62,517 bases of DNA from Chitinophagaceae bacterium (GTDB lineage: Bacteria; Bacteroidota; Bacteroidia; Chitinophagales; Chitinophagaceae): positions 1-62,517 of the forward strand of contig JAICYZ010000001.1 in NCBI GenBank assembly GCA_025933935.1. Direction: 5' to 3'. A program made the translations under genes and the position numbers. Below the pieces are notes generated by a model. It worked only from the letters and a program-made list of their open reading frames with translations, was not told the origin of the DNA and searched no databases. Shown here piece by piece: positions 9,739-17,817 of the stretch; position 1 is the first letter of the stretch; each line of letters opens with the position of its first letter.

Positions 9739-10461
9739 ATGACCAAACTCTCCGTAAACATCAATAAAATCGCCACGCTTCGCAATTCGCGGGGTGGAAA
9801 CAATCCGGATTTAATCAAAACTGCCATAGACATTCAAACTTTTGGAGGCGAAGGAATCACCGTGCATCCGCGACCTGACGAAAGACACATCCGTTATGCT
9901 GATGTTTATGAATTAAAAAAAATTATCACTACAGAATTTAATATCGAAGGAAATTGTAACGAGCAAAAATTTGTCGATCTTGTCCTGGCAAACCAACCTG
10001 ACCAGGTTACTTTAGTTCCGGATGCTTTGGGCCAACTAACCTCTGATCATGGATGGGATACGATAAGATACAAGGAGTATCTAATTGAGATTGTCAATGT
10101 TTTTCAGAAAGCCGGGATCCGCGTTTCTCTTTTTGTGGATCCAATAGAAGAAATGATTGTTGCAGCAAAAGATACCGGTACAGACAGAATCGAATTATAC
10201 ACGGAAAATTATGCAAAAGAATTTGAAAAAGGAAATCATCAGCAGGCAATTGCACCATATATTGCAGCAGCGAAAAAAGCGGTAGAGCTCGGTCTTGGAA
10301 TTAATGCCGGTCATGATCTCGACTTACATAATCTCAAATATTTTGCCCAAAATATGCCTGGCCTTTTAGAAGTTTCAATCGGACATGCATTGATTTCGGA
10401 TGCCCTTTATTTGGGGCTGGAAAATACCGTTCAATTGTACAAAAGACAGTTAATGAGCTAA
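9739..10461 (+). CDS. pdxJ: Pyridoxine 5'-phosphate synthase
   Basis: LSVNINKIATLRNSR, ITVHPRPDERHI, QVTLVP, IELYT, NAGHDL, EVSIGHALI. Confidence 0.96.
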   Translation: MTKLSVNINKIATLRNSRGGNNPDLIKTAIDIQTFGGEGITVHPRPDERHIRYADVYELKKIITTEFNIEGNCNEQKFVDLVLANQPDQVTLVPDALGQLTSDHGWDTIRYKEYLIEIVNVFQKAGIRVSLFVDPIEEMIVAAKDTGTDRIELYTENYAKEFEKGNHQQAIAPYIAAAKKAVELGLGINAGHDLDLHNLKYFAQNMPGLLEVSIGHALISDALYLGLENTVQLYKRQLMS

Positions 10462-10496
10462 TGCGCTGATTTCCTAATGTGCTAATGTGCTAATTA
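10457..10496 (+). repeat. Degenerate 8-nt tandem repeat (GCTAATGT-like, 5 units)
   Basis: gctaatgc gctgattt cctaatgt gctaatgt gctaatta, starting in the pdxJ stop region. Confidence 0.6.
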
Positions 10497-10565
10497 AAAA
10501 TCCTTAATAAAACTTCGTTTGCTGCAATTGTAAATGCATTTTCCTGTAAAATAATCTGTAAAAAT

Positions 10566-10594
10566 AAAAAGGTTTACAGAAACGTAAACCTTTT
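10566..10594. terminator. Bidirectional intrinsic terminator between convergent pdxJ and sucC
   Basis: AAAAAGGTTTAC-agaaac-GTAAACCTTTT. Confidence 0.8.
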
Positions 10595-10647
10595 AAAATC
10601 ATCGATTAGATATAATCTGAAATTAGAAATTTCTGATTCAGAAATTT

Positions 10648-11859
10648 TTACGCCACCGCTTTATTCACGAGTTCGGCTGCCTCACTCAATAAAATCGCTG
10701 ATTCCACTTTCAGACCGCTTTTATCAATCAGTTCTTTGGCAATTTCTGCATTGGTTCCCTGAAGGCGAACAATAATTGGAATTTCAATATTTCCAATTGA
10801 TTTGTAAGCATCAATTACCCCTTGTGCCACCCGATCACAACGAACAATGCCACCAAAAATATTAATGAGAATTGCTTTTACTTTCGGATCTTTTAAAATA
10901 ATCCTGAATCCGGCTTCTACGGTTTGTGCATTCGCAGTTCCGCCTACATCCAGGAAGTTTGCAGGTTCGCCACCGCTTAATTTGATCATATCCATTGTAG
11001 CCATCGCAAGCCCTGCGCCATTTACCATGCAGCCGACATTTCCGTCTAATTTTACAAAATTCAAATTATATTTTGCTGCTTCCACTTCGGTTGGATCTTC
11101 TTCAGTTATATCCCGCATGGCAGCAATATCAGGATGACGCATTAAAGCATTATCGTCTATATTCATTTTGCAATCCACGGCAATAATTTTTGCATCGCTG
11201 GTTTTGAACATTGGGTTTATTTCCAACATACTGCAATCCAGTCCAACAAAAGCATTATAAAGATTCGTTACAAATTTCACACAATTCTTGAAAGCTGTAC
11301 CGCTCAAACCAAGATTGAAAGCGATTTTCCTGGCCTGGAATGGTAACAATCCACCACCAGGATGCACCCATTCCTTAAATATTTTTTCAGGCGTTTCATG
11401 TGCTACATCTTCGATATTCATTCCACCTTCGGTGCTGTACATAACCACATTTTTCCCTTTGGAACGATCCATTAAAATCGATAAATAAAATTCTTTTACC
11501 TGCTCCGGACCATCATAATAAACATCCTGCGCTACAAATATTTTGCTTACTAATTTTCCTGCTTCACCTGTTTGAACGGTTACTAACGTACCTCCTAGAA
11601 GATTTTGAGCAATCGTTTTTACGTCATCTAAACTTTTAGCAACTGCCACACCTCTTTGCTCCGTTCCTTTTATCTTTCCTTTGCCTCTTCCGCCGGCATG
11701 TATCTGTGCCTTGATCACCGCAAACTTGCTTCCATACTCACTATTGATAAAACGATAAGCATCTTCTGCTTCCGAAACGGTACTGCATGCAATCCCTTCC
11801 TGGATAGGTACATGATATCTTTTCAACAATTCTTTTGCCTGGTATTCGTGTAAATTCAT
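10648..11859 (-). CDS. sucC: Succinate--CoA ligase (ADP-forming) beta subunit
   Basis: MNLHEYQAK start, KAQIHAGGRGKG, CMVNGAGLAMATMD, PANFLDVGG, NIFGGIVRCD. Confidence 0.97.
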   Translation of the reverse strand: MNLHEYQAKELLKRYHVPIQEGIACSTVSEAEDAYRFINSEYGSKFAVIKAQIHAGGRGKGKIKGTEQRGVAVAKSLDDVKTIAQNLLGGTLVTVQTGEAGKLVSKIFVAQDVYYDGPEQVKEFYLSILMDRSKGKNVVMYSTEGGMNIEDVAHETPEKIFKEWVHPGGGLLPFQARKIAFNLGLSGTAFKNCVKFVTNLYNAFVGLDCSMLEINPMFKTSDAKIIAVDCKMNIDDNALMRHPDIAAMRDITEEDPTEVEAAKYNLNFVKLDGNVGCMVNGAGLAMATMDMIKLSGGEPANFLDVGGTANAQTVEAGFRIILKDPKVKAILINIFGGIVRCDRVAQGVIDAYKSIGNIEIPIIVRLQGTNAEIAKELIDKSGLKVESAILLSEAAELVNKAVA

Positions 11860-11960
11860 ACAAAAAATTTTTCGCGAAGATAATCTCAAAAAAATTAATT
11901 GGTCACTGAAATTGCTTGCATTCAGCAACCAAACACGGACTTTAAAGCTTCCCGCCTGTT

Positions 11961-12725
11961 CTAAATCCTCGGAATAATTTTTAAAAAATCTTCTTTCCTC
12001 CGACGCGCCAGTGGCAATTCGGTTTTATCAGAAAGCAGGACGTAATTGTTTCCTTTGTGGAAACGGTCAATGTAGAGCAGGTTTACGATGTGAGCTTCGT
12101 GAATTCTAAAAAACTCGTTAGAAGAAAGCGCTTCTTCAAAATCACCAAGGGTGCGACTGGCGACAATTACCTCTTTATTGGCCAGGTGAAATCTCGTATA
12201 TCTCCCGTTAGCTTCGAGCCGTATAATATCTTTCATTTTTATAAAGCGGATTCCATCTACAGAGGTAAGCGTAATCGTTCTATCCAGGGCGTGATGTTGA
12301 GTAAGGTTTTTGAATAAAATTTCCATTTTATCCCTGGTAGTTTTTTGTTCCCTATTTTCCACGCATTTCTGTATAGCATTCGACAGCTCGTCTTTGTCAA
12401 TTGGTTTCAATAGATAATCGAGCGCACTTATTTTGATGGCATTAATGGCATATTTATCATAAGCGGTGGTAAATACGACGTCAAAGTTGATGGATTCCAG
12501 TTTTCGAAGCATCTGAAAGCCATTCATTCGTGGCATTTCAATATCCAGAAAAACCAACTGAGGCGCATATCTTTGAATGCTTTCAATTCCTTTTGCAGGC
12601 GTTTCGCAGCTATCGACAAGTTCAATAATATCACTGTGATTTTGCAACATTAACTGAAGTACTTCCCGGCTTTGCTTTTCATCTTCAATGATGATCGTTT
12701 TTATCATAAACCCGAATTTATCCAT
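11961..12725 (-). CDS. LytTR-family response regulator (start could be 12707)
   Basis: IIEDE, VFLDIEMP, FTTAY, DYLLKP receiver motifs; F.RIH..HIVNL LytTR motif. Confidence 0.93.
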   Translation of the reverse strand: MDKFGFMIKTIIIEDEKQSREVLQLMLQNHSDIIELVDSCETPAKGIESIQRYAPQLVFLDIEMPRMNGFQMLRKLESINFDVVFTTAYDKYAINAIKISALDYLLKPIDKDELSNAIQKCVENREQKTTRDKMEILFKNLTQHHALDRTITLTSVDGIRFIKMKDIIRLEANGRYTRFHLANKEVIVASRTLGDFEEALSSNEFFRIHEAHIVNLLYIDRFHKGNNYVLLSDKTELPLARRRKEDFLKIIPRI

Positions 12726-12766
12726 TTTGAAAACATCCTGTATTCTTTTTTATAAAAACTTGGGAA

Positions 12767-14131
12767 CTATTTTGGTACCAATATTTTTACAAAAGTACCA
12801 GGCGCGTTCCCGGTATCTTCCAGATCGATGATTTCTATATGAGATGGAATCTCCGGATGAGTTTTTAATGCTGCAAGCCTTTGTTCTGTCATTTTAATTC
12901 CTAAAGAAATGTGATCCTTTTTGTTTGGCTTCAGCATTGCCGACATCTTCCTTCCCACTCCATCATCGATCACATTAATCTCAAGATAATTGCCGTGATC
13001 ATAAAAAGATATGACAATTTTTCCCGCGGTTTCTTTGTGCATGATCCCATGAAAAACTGCATTTTCTACAAAAGGCTGCACAAGCATCCCGGGGATCTGC
13101 ATCGATCCTTCTGCCAATAGCGGATCTACGTGAATATGATAATTTAATTTATCTCCAAAACGAAGTTTTTCCAATTCAAGATAAAGTTTCAGCATTTCAA
13201 TTTCTTTGTGAAGGCTGATATCCGGTTGGTGGCTGTTATCTAAAATAGAACGGATGAGTTTTGAAAATTTCCCCAGGTATTTATCTGCATTTTCTGCCTC
13301 GTTCGTCAATACAAATTTTTTGATCGAATTGAGTGCATTAAAAATAAAATGTGGATTCATCTGGCTCCTCAGCGCCGACAATTGCATCTCCATAAGTTGG
13401 CGGGAAACATGATCCAGTTCAGCTTTTTGTTTTCTTAATTCCTGTTCTGCTTCAATAGACTTGATTTTATGAGCAACCAACGTAGCAATTGTGAGCATCA
13501 GCTGCAAATGGCTTTCATTAAAAAATCCTTTTTGCGAATGTTCAGAATCAATAACACCTAATAATTCTTCCTGGTATTTTATGGGAACGACAATTTCACT
13601 GAGGCCGCTATAGCCTTCTGCCAGATAGCGTGGTTCTTTTGTAGTATCATGGACAATAATCGGCTTACCGTTTTGAGCGACAGTGCCTACAATTCCTTCA
13701 CCCGGCTGCAGATCATATGGAAATTGAATGAGCATTTCTTTGTTGTCCTTTACTCCAAAACCTGCACGCTGAACCATTTTCGTTTTATCTTCATTCCACA
13801 TATAAATGAGACAATCTTCGAAACCGAGTTTGGCGATCAGGTTCTTACAAACGTCCCATAAAATATCCTCTACATCATTTTTCAACAACAAAGAAGTTGA
13901 AAAAAAATTATTGATTTCCTCCATTTCCAAACGGCTGCGGTAATTCTCTGAACGCAATTTTTCGAGTTCGGTTTTAGTCGCTTCTGTTTCACGAATTCTT
14001 TTTTCCCGCAGCTTCATTATTTTATAAAACGCATAAAATAAACCAATGCCACACGCGATCAAAACCGCCGATGTTTTCCAGAAAGGAACGAGAAAGGTCA
14101 ACTGCAAAAAAAAGGATGGAAAAAGCAGCAT
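12767..14131 (-). CDS. LytS/YehU-family histidine kinase with one TM and a cytoplasmic GAF domain
   Basis: LRSQMNPHFIFNALN, YLELEKLRF, QPFVENA..HG, DDGVG; GAF motifs GEGIVGTVA, SEIVVPI, LGVIDSEH. Confidence 0.9.
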   Translation of the reverse strand: MLLFPSFFLQLTFLVPFWKTSAVLIACGIGLFYAFYKIMKLREKRIRETEATKTELEKLRSENYRSRLEMEEINNFFSTSLLLKNDVEDILWDVCKNLIAKLGFEDCLIYMWNEDKTKMVQRAGFGVKDNKEMLIQFPYDLQPGEGIVGTVAQNGKPIIVHDTTKEPRYLAEGYSGLSEIVVPIKYQEELLGVIDSEHSQKGFFNESHLQLMLTIATLVAHKIKSIEAEQELRKQKAELDHVSRQLMEMQLSALRSQMNPHFIFNALNSIKKFVLTNEAENADKYLGKFSKLIRSILDNSHQPDISLHKEIEMLKLYLELEKLRFGDKLNYHIHVDPLLAEGSMQIPGMLVQPFVENAVFHGIMHKETAGKIVISFYDHGNYLEINVIDDGVGRKMSAMLKPNKKDHISLGIKMTEQRLAALKTHPEIPSHIEIIDLEDTGNAPGTFVKILVPK

Positions 14132-14246
14132 CGGTTTTATTTATTTGAGTAATTAAAAATAAATAAAAAACGCGGTACAGTAGTCAAAGAAATAAAGCGG
14201 ATTTTTATTTTTTAAGTTGAATCTCGGTGAATTGAATTCACAGAAT

Positions 14247-16673
14247 TTACTTTCTTACCTCCAAGATAAAACGTTCACTTCCTGCATCGCCATTAGCTGA
14301 AATTCCTTGTAATACCACCAAGTATTTTGCAGGAATATCACCGGTAAAGAAAGAAATATGCCCAATTCCTTTTTCGTTTGTGGTTACATTTGGCGACCAG
14401 TATAAAAGTTCCCGAAAATCCGGAAGACGATTTTGTATTTCTTTATCAGTAGAATAATCAGGTGAATAAAAAACTCTTTGTTGTTGCAATCCATCATAAT
14501 CGAGAATCACATCGCGTGGATCAAGCGTGTACCCATCGAGGTTTCCTTTATAAGTGGTAAAACTAACGATTCCTTCAGAAACAATCGGCCCCCAAATGTA
14601 TTTGGAGGCAACAACATCCAGCCTTTGCACTTTTAATGGATCATAAGCGATAATTTTATTGGCATCAAAAACCGGAACGCCGTCTAACAGCATCAATGGA
14701 TCTTTGTTAAACACGCTTTGTGCAGGTTGCTTATCATGCAGCTCGAATCCCGGAGCATTGAAAGTGTTCAAATGATATTTTCCCTGCTTTTTCACCACGT
14801 TCACTTCTGCTACATATTCGCGCAACACTTCTTCCATCGTTGTAAAACGTGTATAATTATCAAGCAAATAACTTTTGTAAGGTTTATAATAAAAAGGAAG
14901 CGTATCGATTGACAAAGGCTTCATTTTTTGCAGGTCAGTGGCATGATAAGCATTGGAAATTTCCATGTGCAGATTTGCAGATTGCAGTTCATCTCTGTTA
15001 CCTTCGGAGATATGTAAAGCCGGAAATTCATTGGCGGAAAATTCTTCGGAAAAAGGACTGAAAACTTCGAAATGATAAAGACTGTCTTTATCACTATCGG
15101 TTTGCAAAATGATTTGACTGGTGCCATAAAAATCTTTTAAATCAAAATGCACCATTCCTTCTGTACTGCTGAGGCAACCATACAATTGAACACGCCTTCC
15201 GGGAACGGAAAGGTAAACCAGCACATCCGGAGCAGGTTTTCCCGTAACTTCATTGGTAACTTTGCCAATAATAATATGACCACGGTTTTCGGGAACATAA
15301 GTGATTGAAGAATTATTTTCCGAAATATTTATAGCACCAAACTTCCGCCAGCCTTGCGTCAGCAATAAATTATCCAATGCTTCATTTGTTTCGGCATTAT
15401 CATTTTGAAAATAAAAATCCGGATTTTCAATAAACCCTTTAAGCTCTGATGACAACCACAAATAGGAATAAATATTCGCTTCATCCGGCAGATGTAAACT
15501 GTCCAAACGACAAACAGAAGCTGATAAATTTCCAGCCAATAAATTTCCCGAATTATCTTTTGTGGAAAGGTCAATTGTTACTTTATCACGTAAATTGAAA
15601 TTCGCCTTATTTGTTGTTTCACTGATCAGCATTTTGTTTTTTGGCCGTGTGAAATAAAGCCTTTCGCAAACCGGCTGATGATTTTCAGTAAACAAAGTTA
15701 TTTGGGCAATTCCTTCTTTGAGATTGTCTTTATTAATAGAAAAAATTGCGTGGTTATTTTGCAAAGAGCTTGTTTGTGAAAAATCAATTTGCTTATTTGT
15801 TTGTGCAATTAAATAAAGATTCTGCGCGGTTTCATTAGAAGAAGAAACGGTAACTTTTAAATGATTTCCTTCATCCGTTACATGCATTACATAACCATTT
15901 TCAACCGCATCTGGTAAATCCTTTTTGATAACAGAATTGTCTTTTAAAGTAACAATTGCGGTATAATGTTTTCCCGATTGAGGCGTAAATAAAAATTTAC
16001 CCATTCCGAATTTTTCTGTTTGAAAATGTGCGATCGTATCGTTTGATTGATCTAAAACAATCCCTGTTCCTTCCACTCCTTTTCCTGCGTCATTATTTAT
16101 TTTAAAAGCTACCACGCTGTTTAATCCATTCACCAGGTTTCCTCCTTCCGGAAAAAACTGAGCAAAATATTTTACCGGATTTTTTACAATAGACAAATCG
16201 AGGTTTTTGGTGGAATTGACAATCGTAATTATTTTTTTAAAAAAATGATCAGACAAATCATTTTTCATCCAGTTGGTATAAGCTCTTAATTCATAATTTC
16301 CTGATTCCAGAGAAAGAGGAAGGGAAAAAGAACCGCTGCCTGTACCGTTTTCCAATGATATTTTTGCCTGCAAAACCGGCTCATGGCGGCTGTTTAATAT
16401 TTCCACATAAACGACTTTACTTAAAGATAGTGGTTGATTATTGGAAGCATTGGTTACGTACGTTTTGAACCACAATATTTCACCACACACATAGTAATTC
16501 CTGTCAGTATGCACAAATACTTTTTCCCGGATATGTGTGCTCACCTTATCAACAAAACCAGCACTTATTTTAGCAGAGATGTTTGTTTGGCTAAAACAAG
16601 AAAAGCTAAAAAACAAGCATAGAAAAAAGAGTGATTTTCGAAGGAAGGATTTAAATAAAATCAATGAATTCAT
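14247..16673 (-). CDS. Large secreted protein with macroglobulin (MG2-like) N-terminus, CarboxypepD-like and TonB-plug-like middle, and A2M-like C-terminal segment
   Basis: Signal peptide; EKVFVHTDR.YY..GE.LWFK.YV; G.YELRAYTNWMKN; FFPEGG.LV; LDNLLLTQGWR; PLMLLDGVP; PDFRELLYW.P...T...G...SF. Start set at MNSLIL (16673). Domain names are by resemblance. Confidence 0.65.
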   Translation of the reverse strand: MNSLILFKSFLRKSLFFLCLFFSFSCFSQTNISAKISAGFVDKVSTHIREKVFVHTDRNYYVCGEILWFKTYVTNASNNQPLSLSKVVYVEILNSRHEPVLQAKISLENGTGSGSFSLPLSLESGNYELRAYTNWMKNDLSDHFFKKIITIVNSTKNLDLSIVKNPVKYFAQFFPEGGNLVNGLNSVVAFKINNDAGKGVEGTGIVLDQSNDTIAHFQTEKFGMGKFLFTPQSGKHYTAIVTLKDNSVIKKDLPDAVENGYVMHVTDEGNHLKVTVSSSNETAQNLYLIAQTNKQIDFSQTSSLQNNHAIFSINKDNLKEGIAQITLFTENHQPVCERLYFTRPKNKMLISETTNKANFNLRDKVTIDLSTKDNSGNLLAGNLSASVCRLDSLHLPDEANIYSYLWLSSELKGFIENPDFYFQNDNAETNEALDNLLLTQGWRKFGAINISENNSSITYVPENRGHIIIGKVTNEVTGKPAPDVLVYLSVPGRRVQLYGCLSSTEGMVHFDLKDFYGTSQIILQTDSDKDSLYHFEVFSPFSEEFSANEFPALHISEGNRDELQSANLHMEISNAYHATDLQKMKPLSIDTLPFYYKPYKSYLLDNYTRFTTMEEVLREYVAEVNVVKKQGKYHLNTFNAPGFELHDKQPAQSVFNKDPLMLLDGVPVFDANKIIAYDPLKVQRLDVVASKYIWGPIVSEGIVSFTTYKGNLDGYTLDPRDVILDYDGLQQQRVFYSPDYSTDKEIQNRLPDFRELLYWSPNVTTNEKGIGHISFFTGDIPAKYLVVLQGISANGDAGSERFILEVRK

Positions 16674-16683
16674 TATATAATTT

Positions 16684-17817
16684 TTAAGGCCAGAAAGTCG
16701 GTTTAACAGGAGTGCCGGAAAGCGTGCAATCCACACAACTGCCAGATGCGGATAAATAGCCCGCTCTAACTTGTGAATATGGAATCAAACTATTATTTGA
16801 AAAATAAATGAACAAACTATCTTTTATGTTTGGAACTGTATCTTCCAGGCAGTTTGGTATTAGATTCCATCCGGCTGGCAGATCCGAATTTCGAATAAAA
16901 ATTCTTTGCTGTTGTGAATTTCCTGCTCCTATATATCCGATCACCGTTTCAGACGGATCGGTTGTACAATGAATATTTCCTTGTGTCAGATTCGGTTGCG
17001 GATCAAAAATAGAACCTACATTTTCGGTATTCGCCTTCATGGCATTCCAGTAATTATAGGCGCTTGAGTCTAAAGAATATTGAGTAACAATTACACTGTA
17101 TAAAACACTGATTCTTTTATCGTGCTCAGGAATATAAAGAATGGGCGCAGCATTAATCACATCTTCTTTTAGTTTCGCTGATGAGCCTAATAAAATAGTA
17201 GTAGAATTTTGAGAACGCCAGCATTGATATACTTGCGAGGTTCTGGGAATCACGCTTGTATCCACAGGATTATACTTTAGCGTCGAATAATATTGTGAAT
17301 GAAACTCCCATGTTTCCTGATATTCCCAGCGATAGAACCGGCTATTATTTTGCGGGTCGTGTGTGTTCAAATAGACTTGAACACCGCCATCTTTTAAATT
17401 CCAGTCTATGTTATCAATGGGGGGAGATTGTTTGAAAGGAACAAAGTCAGAAACATATTCCTTTTGATCAGCGGTTGTTATATGTAAACGGTAAGTATTT
17501 CCTGTATATAAATAAAAATAACCAGTGTAATTGCCATTACCAGTTTCATAGAAAGGGGAGGTATTATTATTGGAATCCTGAAGTTCCACATGAGCGCCGG
17601 TTTCATTGATATCAGCGGCGGTGTCTCCAGCGGTTATATTTCTTGTACGACTCAATTTTATGTTTGTTTGCCCATTGCCGTTCAGGTATCCTTCCACTAC
17701 AAGAAAATGAGTTTTGGCGGATTTTAACGGCGGATCATAAGGCACTTTGCAATTTGACAAAAACAAAATCACAATGCAGTAAAGCAACAATTTTATTGAA
17801 AAATAATTCTTATTCAT
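16684..17817 (-). CDS. DUF4249-family lipoprotein
   Basis: Lipobox LSN-C, LVVEGYL, IKLSRT, GSIFDPQP....GNI, VIGY, C-terminal CVDC. Confidence 0.82.
   Translation of the reverse strand: MNKNYFSIKLLLYCIVILFLSNCKVPYDPPLKSAKTHFLVVEGYLNGNGQTNIKLSRTRNITAGDTAADINETGAHVELQDSNNNTSPFYETGNGNYTGYFYLYTGNTYRLHITTADQKEYVSDFVPFKQSPPIDNIDWNLKDGGVQVYLNTHDPQNNSRFYRWEYQETWEFHSQYYSTLKYNPVDTSVIPRTSQVYQCWRSQNSTTILLGSSAKLKEDVINAAPILYIPEHDKRISVLYSVIVTQYSLDSSAYNYWNAMKANTENVGSIFDPQPNLTQGNIHCTTDPSETVIGYIGAGNSQQQRIFIRNSDLPAGWNLIPNCLEDTVPNIKDSLFIYFSNNSLIPYSQVRAGYLSASGSCVDCTLSGTPVKPTFWP

Noticed and set aside
16470-16500. CGE in YYVCGEILWF as a macroglobulin thioester motif
   Set aside because: The thioester needs CxEQ in a central helical domain; this is CGEI at the N-terminal Y.PGE position of an MG2-like strand
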